From positions 76,946-140,945 of the forward strand of contig MFYJ01000007.1 in the NCBI GenBank assembly GCA_001787755.1: DNA of 64,000 nucleotides, read 5' to 3'. Shown here piece after piece: positions 49,678-57,976 of the stretch (positions are counted from its first letter, which is position 1; each line of letters starts with the position of its first letter). The notes under the pieces were generated by a model. It had not been told where the DNA came from and did no database searches. It saw only the letters and a list, made by a program, of their open reading frames with translations. The DNA is from Candidatus Peribacteria bacterium RIFOXYB1_FULL_54_35 (GTDB taxonomy: Bacteria > Patescibacteriota > Gracilibacteria > Peribacterales > Peribacteraceae). The translations under genes and the position numbers were made by a program.

Positions 49678-50313
49678 TTACTTGCTCAGGAGTTGCAACA
49701 CTTCGGAGTCCTCGACCTGCGGGAAATCCCCGTACCAGAGCCCGACGGCGTGGAATGGGGTGGGAGTGGCGAGGAAGACGGTTTCATCTACCTGTTTTCC
49801 AAGCTTCGCAGCGGTATCCGGCGGGCAGACGGGGAGTGCCACGACAATCTTCTTCACTTTGGCGTTCTTCAGGTCTTCGATTCCTGCGAAGAGCGTGGCT
49901 CCGGTTGCCGCGCCGTCATCAGTCAGGATGATGGTCTTTCCTTCGAGGGGCGGGCGTGCTTCCACGAGGTATGCCTTCTTGCGCCGCCTGAGCTCCTCAG
50001 TTTCCTCTTTGATGATCGGCTGCATGTCTTCCCACCCGATGCCGCACATCTGCATGGTCGCATCGTCCATGTACGTCGCCCCGCCTTCGGCGAGTGCTCC
50101 CATGGCGTACTCGCGGTCCTCCGGGTGGCCGAGCTTGCGGACGATGTAGGGGTAGAGGGGGAGGGAGAGTGCGTCTGCCAGCGCGCGGCCTGTCACCACG
50201 CCGCCGCGGACGAGAGAGAGAATGATGGTGTTTTTCTGTTTGCCGTACTTCCCAAGCTCTTTGGCGAGCTGGGTGCCTGCCGCAGTGCGGTCCGGGAAGG
50301 GGAGCACGGCCAT
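49678..50313 (-). CDS. phosphoribosyltransferase family protein
   Basis: IILSLVRGGVVTG and the PRPP-binding loop IILTDDGAATGAT. ATG 50313 (MAVLPF) is preferred over 50388. Confidence 0.75.
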   Translation of the reverse strand: MAVLPFPDRTAAGTQLAKELGKYGKQKNTIILSLVRGGVVTGRALADALSLPLYPYIVRKLGHPEDREYAMGALAEGGATYMDDATMQMCGIGWEDMQPIIKEETEELRRRKKAYLVEARPPLEGKTIILTDDGAATGATLFAGIEDLKNAKVKKIVVALPVCPPDTAAKLGKQVDETVFLATPTPFHAVGLWYGDFPQVEDSEVLQLLSK

Positions 50314-50366
50314 AGCGCTTTCGATTATACTCCTCGTAGCAGATACAAGTGTGCTACGGTGCTCCC

Positions 50367-51158
50367 ATGCGCGTTGCGAGCCTCTCACCGGCGGTGACGG
50401 AGATCTTCTTTTCCTTGGGGCTCCAGAAGCGGATTGTCTGTACCGACCAGTTCAGCGATTTCCCGGAGGAAGCGAAGAAGCTCCCGCACCTGCGTGACCA
50501 TCAGAAGATTTCCGTAGAAGAACTCCTGCAGCAGAAGCCGGAACTCGTGTTCACGAGCACAGTTATTCAGGAAGGGCTCTCCAAAAAACTTAAGGCTGCG
50601 GACGTCAGCTGCATCCATCTCGATCCGCGCACGGTTCATGCCATCTACGAGAGCATCCGGCAGATCGGGATGCTGCTCCGTGCAGACAGAGCGGCGGAGA
50701 AGCTCGTGCTCTCCATGCAGCAGGGGTTCAATGCCGTGAAGAAGAAGTCGGCGCTGCTGCCTTCCCGGCCAAGAGTGTATGTGGAGGAGTGGCCCGCCAT
50801 CGCGGATGCTCAGTCGGGCAGGCTCCGCCCTCCCATGGTTTCCGGCAACTGGGTGCCGGAGGTGGTTCGCATCGCCGGCTGTGATCCTTTCCCCATTGCA
50901 GCGGGAGCACTGAGCAGGGCAGTGACACTGGAGGAGGTTCTTGCTTTTGACCCGGACATGATCGTGATCAGCTGGTGCGGGGCCGGTGCGATTGCCGATC
51001 CTTCGCTTCTCACGGGGCGGGAGGGATGGGGGGATTTGCGTGCGGTGCAGGAGCGTCATGTACGCGTGCTCGATGATTCACTGCTCAACCGTCCCGGGCC
51101 GAGGCTGGTGGATGGTGCGCAGCGCATCTACGCATGGGCGTTTGAGATGCTGCACTGA
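50367..51158 (+). CDS. BtuF/helical-backbone-type binding protein (cobalamin/siderophore-binding-like), no signal peptide seen
   Basis: RVASLSPAVTEIFFSLG..IVCTD, PELVF, and DPDMIVISWCG and NRPGPRLVDG near the C-terminus. Confidence 0.6.
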   Translation: MRVASLSPAVTEIFFSLGLQKRIVCTDQFSDFPEEAKKLPHLRDHQKISVEELLQQKPELVFTSTVIQEGLSKKLKAADVSCIHLDPRTVHAIYESIRQIGMLLRADRAAEKLVLSMQQGFNAVKKKSALLPSRPRVYVEEWPAIADAQSGRLRPPMVSGNWVPEVVRIAGCDPFPIAAGALSRAVTLEEVLAFDPDMIVISWCGAGAIADPSLLTGREGWGDLRAVQERHVRVLDDSLLNRPGPRLVDGAQRIYAWAFEMLH

Positions 51159-51298
51159 CGTTCCTTGTTTCCTCGTTCACTCGTTTGCTTGTTTTCCATT
51201 TGTCACTTGTCTCTGGTCACGGGTCAATTTTCAAAGGAAAAAGGGACAAGTGACAAGCGACCAATCGTAACAAACGAATAACGAGCCAACGGAACAAG
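51159..51298. repeat. CTCGTT/TTGTCAC-word long hairpin, copy 3 (about 60-nt arms)
   Basis: cgttccttgtttcctcgttcactcgtttgcttgttttccatttgtcacttgtctctggtcac .. gggacaagtgacaagcgaccaatcgtaacaaacgaataacgagccaacggaacaag. It starts 1 nt after the stop codon. Confidence 0.7.
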
Positions 51299-51387
51299 TC
51301 CATTGGTGTTCTCTTTCCTATCATGGGACGGCTGCTCTTAAATTCTCCGTTGAAGGTGTATGCTCTGTGCAATTCTATTTTTTCTCT

Positions 51388-52674
51388 ATGCCTGTATCCA
51401 CACCCTACACACGTTTTCAGAAAACCCTCGAGGAAGTCATGCAGAAACTCAAGCTCACTCCGAAGGAGCGGGCGTTCTTCGCAAAACCGCAGAATACCTA
51501 TAAGACGGAGATCCACATCAAACGCGATAGCGGGAAGGAGCAGGCGTTCCAGGCGTTCCGCATACAGTTCAACAACGCGCGCGGCCCCTTCAAAGGGGGA
51601 ATCCGCTACCATCCCGAGGCGAATGAAGAGGAGGTGAAGGCGCTCGCGGCGCTCATGTCCATCAAAACTGCCGTGGTAAACATCCCATTCGGCGGAGGCA
51701 AGGGGGGAGTGCAGTGCAATCCGAAGGAACTGAGCAGGAAGGAACTGGAGGCGGTCTCCCGCGCGTACGTGCGGGCGATGATCCGTCACATCGGCGCCGA
51801 TATCGACTGCCCCGCGCCGGATGTGAATACCAATCCGGCCATCATGGCGTGGATGCGTGATGAGTTTGAGAAGCAGACGCACACCTACAGCCCTGCCATG
51901 ATCACGGGCAAACCTCTCTCCTACGGGGGGTCGCTCGGGCGCGATACGGCGACGGCACGGGGTGCTTTCTTCATCCTGCAGGAGATGATGGACCGCGAAG
52001 CGCGGGATCCCGAGGAGCTCAAAGTGGCCATCCAGGGGTTCGGAAATGCCGGGGCCACTATGGCACACTTCCTCCACAACGCCGGCTACACCGTGGTGGC
52101 CGTCTCCGATTCGCAGGGGGGCGTGTACTCGCCGGAGGGTGTCGATCCGGTCCGCATAGAGAAGTACAAGCACAAGACGGGACAGGTGGCAGGGGAGTAC
52201 TGCAAGGGATCGGTCTGTGACATCAAGCGCATGAAGCTCGATGGTGTGCGCCACGTGACGAACGAACAATTATTGGAGCTTCCGTGCGATATCCTCATCC
52301 CGGCTGCGCTCGACAATGTCATCACGGCGAAAAACGCGCGGAAGATCCGTGCGAAGTACATCCTCGAGATCGCCAACGGGCCCACCTCGCCGGAAGCGGA
52401 CACGATTTTGGAGAAGAAAGGTGTGAAGATCGTCCCCGACGTGCTCGCGAATGCCGGCGGCGTGACCGTGAGTTACTTTGAGTGGGTGCAGGGGCGCAGC
52501 GGGGAGCTGTGGACTGCCGAACGGGTGGACAACGAACTTCGGCGCATCATGCTGGATGCATATAAGTCTGTTCAGAGGGAAGCGCACCGCGGCAATATGA
52601 CGTACAGGCAGGCGGCGTTCGCCGTCGGCATCCGGCGCATGGTGGATGCGATGCATGCACGGGGTTGGCTATGA
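51388..52674 (+). CDS. gdhA: glutamate dehydrogenase (Glu/Leu/Phe/Val dehydrogenase family)
   Basis: GGIRYHP, KTAVVNIPFGGGKGGV (catalytic Lys region), GFGNAGATMA Rossmann motif and VLANAGGVTVSYFEW. Confidence 0.9.
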   Translation: MPVSTPYTRFQKTLEEVMQKLKLTPKERAFFAKPQNTYKTEIHIKRDSGKEQAFQAFRIQFNNARGPFKGGIRYHPEANEEEVKALAALMSIKTAVVNIPFGGGKGGVQCNPKELSRKELEAVSRAYVRAMIRHIGADIDCPAPDVNTNPAIMAWMRDEFEKQTHTYSPAMITGKPLSYGGSLGRDTATARGAFFILQEMMDREARDPEELKVAIQGFGNAGATMAHFLHNAGYTVVAVSDSQGGVYSPEGVDPVRIEKYKHKTGQVAGEYCKGSVCDIKRMKLDGVRHVTNEQLLELPCDILIPAALDNVITAKNARKIRAKYILEIANGPTSPEADTILEKKGVKIVPDVLANAGGVTVSYFEWVQGRSGELWTAERVDNELRRIMLDAYKSVQREAHRGNMTYRQAAFAVGIRRMVDAMHARGWL

Positions 52675-52677
52675 TGG

Positions 52678-52768
52678 TGAAGAAACAGAGGAAACAGAAG
52701 AGTAAGAAGAAATAGAGGAGAAAAAAATCCTCTAATTCTTCTGTTTCCTCTGTTTCTTCTTATTCCTT
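52678..52768. repeat. GAAACAGAGG-word hairpin, copy 1
   Basis: gaagaaacagaggaaacagaaga (23 nt) has a perfect complement in tcttctgtttcctctgtttcttc. It starts 4 nt after the gdh stop. Confidence 0.75.
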
Positions 52769-52811
52769 TCAAGTTTTGACTCTCTCTCGCTCACTCTCTA
52801 CCCTATTCATC

Positions 52812-53771
52812 ATGAAGGACGTCGCAATCATCGGTCTTGGATGCGCTGCCTACACTGCCGCCATCTACACGGCGCGGTACAAGCTCTCCACGCTCATTAT
52901 CGGGGAGGAAGAAGGTGGCATGGGCATGACAGCTGCGGAGGTGGGGAACTGGCCGGGGGATCCGGAGGTCCGCGGGCCGGATCTCATGGAGAGGTTCAAG
53001 AAACACGCTACGAGTTTTGATGCGGTGGAGCACAAGGTTGCGCGGGTGGAGAAGGTTGAGAAGATCAGCGGAGGTTTCCGTCTCACGTTCCAGAGCGGAG
53101 AAACCGCTGAAGCGAAGACGGTCATCTTCGCCACCGGTTCGAACAAGCGGCACCTCGGTTTGCCCGGAGAGAAGGAGTTCACCGGGAAGGGTGTTTCGTA
53201 CTGTGCCACCTGTGATGCGTTCTTCTACCGCGGCAAAACTGTTGCAGTAGTGGGAGGGGGAGACAGCGCGGTGGAGGGTGCCGCCATCGTTGCCCAGGTT
53301 GCGGCGAAGGTCTATCTCATTCACCGCCGGGACGCATTTCGCGCGGAGCCATTTTGGGTGGAGCAGGTGAACAAGAGAGACAACGTGGAGTTTGTGCTCT
53401 CCAACAATGTCGCGGAGATCTTGGGCGATGCACGCGTGACTGCCGTGAAGCTGGAGAAGCCGTTCAACGGATCTCTTAAACTGAAACTGGACGGTATCTT
53501 CATCGAGGTCGGTACAACGCCGGCCACCGCGCTCCCGGAGCAGATGGGGTGTGCACTTGACGAGAAAAAATATCTGAAGGTGGGTGCCGACATGAGCACC
53601 AACATCTCCGGCGTCTTCGGTGCGGGTGACGTGACGAGCGGCAGCAATTATTTCGCGCAGTTCGCAACCGCGGCAGGGGAGGGGGCGATAGCTGCGAACA
53701 GCGTGTTTAGCTACCTGCAGTCTGGCGCTCTGCACGAGAAGGAGGACGGAGGAAAGAGAGTAAGAGAGTAA
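52812..53771 (+). CDS. trxB: thioredoxin-disulfide reductase
   Basis: VAIIGLGCAAYTAAIY, redox-active CATCD, VVGGGDSAVEGA and GVFGAGDV. Confidence 0.9.
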   Translation: MKDVAIIGLGCAAYTAAIYTARYKLSTLIIGEEEGGMGMTAAEVGNWPGDPEVRGPDLMERFKKHATSFDAVEHKVARVEKVEKISGGFRLTFQSGETAEAKTVIFATGSNKRHLGLPGEKEFTGKGVSYCATCDAFFYRGKTVAVVGGGDSAVEGAAIVAQVAAKVYLIHRRDAFRAEPFWVEQVNKRDNVEFVLSNNVAEILGDARVTAVKLEKPFNGSLKLKLDGIFIEVGTTPATALPEQMGCALDEKKYLKVGADMSTNISGVFGAGDVTSGSNYFAQFATAAGEGAIAANSVFSYLQSGALHEKEDGGKRVRE

Positions 53772-53834
53772 GAGGTAAGAGGATGGGAGAGTCAGGATTT
53801 GGTTTTTTTCTCTTACCTCTTATTCTCTTATCTC
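53752..53834. repeat. GTAAGAG-word hairpin overlapping the trxB stop
   Basis: gaaagagagtaagagagtaagaggtaagagg .. ctcttacctcttattctcttatctc. The left arm encodes the last trxB codons (KRVRE*). Confidence 0.65.
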
Positions 53835-53878
53835 AGCGTATTCTCTTTCTTGAGATATGGGGTGTAGACTGGTGCGCT

Positions 53879-54763
53879 ATGTGGCTGCTCTACGCGCTCC
53901 TCATGGTCCTCGGGTGGTCGCTGGCGATCGTCTTTGATTCGCTCCTTGTCCGGCACTACGAAAAAAATCCGTTCATCCTCATGTGGACGCAGAGCTGCTT
54001 CAGCATGCTCTTTCTCGTGTATCTCTCTCCGCTCGTGGTGCTCGAACCCGCGTGGATGCCGCTGCTCGCGGTCGGCGCGGTGATTGCGTACTTCGGGGAT
54101 CTGGTGTTCTTCCTGGCTATCGACCGTATGGATGCTTCTGTCTTCAACATCGCATGGGCAATTCTTGCCGTCCTCCTCGGTATTGCCGGATTCTTTCTCT
54201 TCGGAGAATCATGGACGCTCACGCAGGCTCTGGCTGCCCTCTGCATCCTGGCCGGCATCATTATTCTCTCCTACTGGCACCGCCACATCACTCCCGCCGC
54301 GTTCGGTCTGCTGGTGCTCCTCGCGTTCCTCTATGCTCCGGGAAATGTGGTGCAGAAGATGGCGCTCAATGGGGGAGTACCTCTCCTCACCATGATGTTT
54401 TGGTTCCTCCTCTTCCGGGAGTGCACGTCATTCACGTTTCCCTGGTGCATGCCGCGCTTCCGGAGGCTTATGGCGCATTTCATCGTCAAAGTGGATTTTA
54501 CGTTCGTGTGGATTACGGGGTTCGTCGTGGCGACGTATTTCCTGGGCGTGTTCTTCGCGGCACACGCGTTTGCTGCAGGACCCATTTCGCTCATTGCGGT
54601 TGTCGGCAATGTGCAGCCGTTCCTCGTGCTCTTCCTTGCCTGGGTGCTTTTTCGAATCGCTCCGCTGTACGCTTCCCGGGAACTGCTCGACTGGCAGTCT
54701 GTGCGCGTGAAGCTTGTGAGTTTCTGCGTGGTGTTTGTGGGGATGATGTTGCTGGCGGTGTGA
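53879..54763 (+). CDS. EamA/DMT-family transporter
   Basis: About 10 TM helices with two EamA-like halves. ATG 53879 is preferred because the ORF's first 32 codons are the hairpin repeat. Confidence 0.65.
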   Translation: MWLLYALLMVLGWSLAIVFDSLLVRHYEKNPFILMWTQSCFSMLFLVYLSPLVVLEPAWMPLLAVGAVIAYFGDLVFFLAIDRMDASVFNIAWAILAVLLGIAGFFLFGESWTLTQALAALCILAGIIILSYWHRHITPAAFGLLVLLAFLYAPGNVVQKMALNGGVPLLTMMFWFLLFRECTSFTFPWCMPRFRRLMAHFIVKVDFTFVWITGFVVATYFLGVFFAAHAFAAGPISLIAVVGNVQPFLVLFLAWVLFRIAPLYASRELLDWQSVRVKLVSFCVVFVGMMLLAV

Positions 54764-54770
54764 ACGGTGA

Positions 54771-54942
54771 TTAGGGTTAGGGTCAGGATGAGGGTTTGGG
54801 TTAGGGTTTGGGTTAGGAAAGATGTTTGAAATTTGCCCTTGCTCCTTGAGAAATTGAACCTGCTGAGAGCTCTAAGGAACAAATATTCAATTCTTCCTTC
54901 AAACCCCAAGCCCAAACCCTATCCCTAACCCTAGCCCCAACC
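54771..54942. repeat. GGGTTAG-word long imperfect palindrome (~170 nt)
   Basis: ttagggttagggtcaggatgagggtttgggttagggtttgggttagg .. ccccaagcccaaaccctatccctaaccctagccccaacc, with partially self-complementary central sequence. Confidence 0.7.
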
Positions 54943-54995
54943 TTCATCGGGCTTTTTCTTGCGCCTGGACGGAAAATCCGTATCCTGCGTCCGTT

Positions 54996-55190
54996 ATGCC
55001 ACGAGGGAAGCGCACAGTTTATGGCATGTTCTGTCCTGAGACGGGTATCCGGCTCGGCACCATCCGCCTGCACAGGCAGGACAAACTGGGGAAGTCGTTC
55101 AAGGAGCACGCGGCCAAGCTGAAGAAGTACTGCCCGGCCCTCAAGAAGCGCGTTGCTGTGAAGCTCAAGGAAGAGAGGCATTCTAAATAA
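54996..55190 (+). CDS. rpmG: probable 50S ribosomal protein L33
   Basis: 64 aa and basic. ..FCPETG.. and especially AKLKKYCPALKKRVAVKLKEE resemble the L33 'LELKKYCP..KKHT.HKE' C-terminus. Slightly longer than typical L33. Confidence 0.5.
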   Translation: MPRGKRTVYGMFCPETGIRLGTIRLHRQDKLGKSFKEHAAKLKKYCPALKKRVAVKLKEERHSK

Positions 55191-55198
55191 GCAAAGTA

Positions 55199-56104
55199 AT
55201 GGTCACGAAGCAGGAACGAAGGGCGGAGGCGTTCGTTTTGGGGAGTGCGGCCATTGGAGGCGGGTTCCCGATCATTGCCAACCAGGCCGTTCGCGTGTTC
55301 CCGGCGTTTGCGTTTGCCGGTATGAGTGCAGTGGTGGGGGCATGCAGTCATCTGCTTCTTCTGCTGGTGGGGCGCACACAGCTTCCACGGATCTCCAGGC
55401 AGATGTGGGTGGATTTGATGGGTGTTGCTCTCTGCAACTCTGTCTTTGCACTCGTCTTCATCTTCCTCGGGACTCAGTACACCTCCGGCATTAATACTGC
55501 GCTGCTTATGCAGTCGGAGATGCTCTTCTCTTTCCTCGTCTTCACGTTCCTCTTCGGCGAAAGGGCGGCGAAGAAAGAATATGCGGGAGCGTTCCTGGTG
55601 TTCCTCGGGACGGTCTGTATCCTCTATAACGGCTCATTTGCCTTCAATCGCGGGGATCTGCTCATTATTCTCGGAACCGTGTTCTATCCATTCGGCAACC
55701 GGTTTGCCAAGCGTGCCCTCCTGCATCTTCCGGCAAGTTTCATTCTCATGTTCCGCTGCGCCGTGAGTGCCGTCGTCTTCCTTACGCTCAGCGTTCTCTT
55801 TGGGGATTTCTCTCTCCGTGTTCTCCCGGCCGCCCGCACATACTGGTGGCTGATTGTCCTGTATGGCGTCGTGGTGCTCGTTGGTTCCAATCTCTGCTGG
55901 TACAGAGGGCTCAGGGCTCTTTCTCTCACCAAGGCTGTGAGCATTATCCTTTCCTCTCCTGTCTTCAGTCTGCTCTTTGCGGCGGTGTTCCTGAAGGAGA
56001 TTCCGACCATGTATCAGATCATTGGTTTCGTGGTGACACTTGCCGGCCTTTCCGTGCTCATCTCCAGGCGTCCTCTCCCACCTTTGCCTCCGGATCTTGT
56101 ATAG
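55199..56104 (+). CDS. EamA/DMT-family transporter
   Basis: Ten predicted TM helices with a duplicated EamA-like architecture and a FGE motif after TM4. Confidence 0.7.
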   Translation: MVTKQERRAEAFVLGSAAIGGGFPIIANQAVRVFPAFAFAGMSAVVGACSHLLLLLVGRTQLPRISRQMWVDLMGVALCNSVFALVFIFLGTQYTSGINTALLMQSEMLFSFLVFTFLFGERAAKKEYAGAFLVFLGTVCILYNGSFAFNRGDLLIILGTVFYPFGNRFAKRALLHLPASFILMFRCAVSAVVFLTLSVLFGDFSLRVLPAARTYWWLIVLYGVVVLVGSNLCWYRGLRALSLTKAVSIILSSPVFSLLFAAVFLKEIPTMYQIIGFVVTLAGLSVLISRRPLPPLPPDLV

Positions 56105-56111
56105 TGGGCCT

Positions 56112-56591
56112 ATGCAAAATAAAGGTGACAAGTACCGCCGGTGCGCATCCATCGTGCTTCTGAGGTCTTTCCCTGGCAGTGCGCGTGTTCAGGTGCTCCT
56201 TGTCCATAAGCCACGGAAGAAGGATGCCTGGCAGATCCCCCAGGGCGGGGCGGAGGATGAGGAGAGCATAGAAGAGGCAGCCATCCGTGAACTCCGGGAG
56301 GAGACAGGGGTGGAGGGTACGGTGTTCGGCAGGAGCAAGCGGCGCTACCAGTATGATTTCCCTGCTTCCTACAGGAGATTCCGGCCCGATCACGTCTGCG
56401 GGCAGTGCATTCAGTTCGTGTTTGCGCAGGCAGATCCCGCGCAGGAGGTGCACGTGGACGGGAAAGAGATCAATTCCTTCGCGTGGGTGTTTCCGGAGCA
56501 GCTCTCCCGTTACATCAAGCGGGAAGAGTACCGGAAGATCGTTGCGGGCCTTGTGGAGGAGGGGGCAGCGATGTTGCGGAGCAAGATTTAG
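56112..56591 (+). CDS. NUDIX hydrolase
   Basis: Nudix box GGAEDEESIEEAAIRELREETGV. The start is ATG 56112. Confidence 0.8.
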   Translation: MQNKGDKYRRCASIVLLRSFPGSARVQVLLVHKPRKKDAWQIPQGGAEDEESIEEAAIRELREETGVEGTVFGRSKRRYQYDFPASYRRFRPDHVCGQCIQFVFAQADPAQEVHVDGKEINSFAWVFPEQLSRYIKREEYRKIVAGLVEEGAAMLRSKI

Positions 56592-56592
56592 A

Positions 56593-56686
56593 ATGTGGAA
56601 TAGCGTATGTCGTATGTGGGGATTGTTCATTTTGGCTTTGGATTTGAGTTTTCCCGACATACGACGTTCGACATACCACATACGAC
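56593..56686. repeat. TATGTCG/CGACATA-word hairpin after the NUDIX gene
   Basis: atgtggaatagcgtatgtcgtatgtgggg .. cccgacatacgacgttcgacataccacatacgac. It starts 2 nt after the stop. Confidence 0.65.
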
Positions 56687-56735
56687 CGTTCTTCTTAAGG
56701 GTGCGGGGTCATCTCTTCTGCGGTAGGCTACCCCC

Positions 56736-57872
56736 ATGCGGCTTCTCTCCCTCGCACTCACGCAGTTCCGCTCCTATGCTTCCCTCTTCCTTGATCTCTC
56801 CCAGGGGGATGTGCATATGTTCGTTGGAGGGAACGGTGTAGGGAAAACCAATCTCCTCGAAGCGGTTTCTATCCTCTCGCTTACGCGGTCCTGCCTTGGG
56901 ACGGAAGAAGCAGATATTCTCCAGTGGGGCACAGAGTACTACCGCGTGCGCGGGGTCGTGCAGGACGATGCGGAGCAGGACTGTACGCTCGAAGTGGTCA
57001 GCCAGCAGGCGCCGCGCGTGCAGAAAGCATGTTTTCTCAACGATGTGCGTCGGCAGGTGGAAGAGATACTAGGGGTGATGCCGACAGTCGTCTTTCTTCC
57101 GCAGGAACTGCAGCTTTTCTCCGGTGCTCCGGCACAGCGCCGCAAGTTCCTCGACAGGCTGCTCTGCCAGGTCTCGCCGGAGTACCTGCTCTCTCTCACG
57201 CGGTACCAGCAGGTGCTCAGGCAGCGCAATTCCCTCCTCAGGCGCATAGCAGAAGGTGCTGCTTCTCCTGAGGATCTTGCCCCCTGGGACCGGCATCTCG
57301 TGGAGCATGGGGTTCCTGTCACGCTCGCGCGTCTTGAACTCATTGGCACGTTGCAGCTCACGCTCCCGGAGGAGGTGGCGGCGCTTGGGGAAGACTGGCG
57401 GGATGTGGAGATTCTGTATGACCGCAGGGGAAGTGCGTGCGACAGAGATGCTCTCACGGAGGAGTATTTGTTTGAGCTGGAGGAGAACCGGAAGCGCGAT
57501 TGCATTCTCCTTGCCACCGGTGCCGGACCGCACCGCGAGGACTGGCATATTGCGGTGGGGGGGCGCCCGATCCAGACCTTCGCTTCGCGCGGCCAGCAGC
57601 GCGCGTCGCTGCTTGCGCTGCTCCTGCTCCAGGTTTCCTACCTGGAACTCCGTTGCGGGGAGAAGCCGGTGATCCTGCTGGATGATGTCTTCTCGGAGCT
57701 CGATCTCAGCCACCAGCGTGCGCTCATCCAGTCACTCGGCGGGTACCAGGTGCTTATTACAACGACGCGTGTGCCAGAGGGCGGAGTCGACTTTCGTCTC
57801 TGGTCTGTTGCAGAGGGGGAGATTCATCCGATGAAAGTGCCGGTGGCCTTGCGTAGTCCATCAAAGAAGTAG
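56736..57872 (+). CDS. recF: DNA replication and repair protein RecF
   Basis: L.L..FRSY, Walker A GGNGVGKTNLLEA, and C-terminal ILLDDVFSELD. Confidence 0.9.
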   Translation: MRLLSLALTQFRSYASLFLDLSQGDVHMFVGGNGVGKTNLLEAVSILSLTRSCLGTEEADILQWGTEYYRVRGVVQDDAEQDCTLEVVSQQAPRVQKACFLNDVRRQVEEILGVMPTVVFLPQELQLFSGAPAQRRKFLDRLLCQVSPEYLLSLTRYQQVLRQRNSLLRRIAEGAASPEDLAPWDRHLVEHGVPVTLARLELIGTLQLTLPEEVAALGEDWRDVEILYDRRGSACDRDALTEEYLFELEENRKRDCILLATGAGPHREDWHIAVGGRPIQTFASRGQQRASLLALLLLQVSYLELRCGEKPVILLDDVFSELDLSHQRALIQSLGGYQVLITTTRVPEGGVDFRLWSVAEGEIHPMKVPVALRSPSKK

Positions 57873-57970
57873 AGGAAACAGAAGAAACAGAGGAATCAGA
57901 CGAAGTAGAGGAAAAATCCAAAGCATTAAATCCTCTGACTCCTCTGTTTCTTCTTATTCCTCTGTTTCCT
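57871..57970. repeat. GAAACAGAGG-word hairpin, copy 2 (between convergent recF and ruvC)
   Basis: gaagaaacagaggaatcaga pairs with tctgactcctctgtttcttc in 19 of 20 positions. It shares ctctgtttcttcttattcc with copy 1. Confidence 0.75.
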
Positions 57971-57976
57971 TGCGTC

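Noticed and set aside
51217-53735. Long minus-strand ORFs 51217..52269 and 52803..53735
   Set aside because: They are antisense to gdh and trxB, whose catalytic motifs are unambiguous. These are shadow ORFs.
54771-54817. ttagggttaggg identical to the vertebrate telomere repeat
   Set aside because: It is internal to a chromosome segment, degenerate after two units, and paired with its complement 90 nt away. It is one arm of a palindrome, not a telomere or contamination.
40370-57970. CRISPR array as an explanation for the recurring hairpin repeats
   Set aside because: The copies are kilobases apart and separated by genes, the repeats are not identical, and there is no regular repeat-spacer periodicity and no cas genes.
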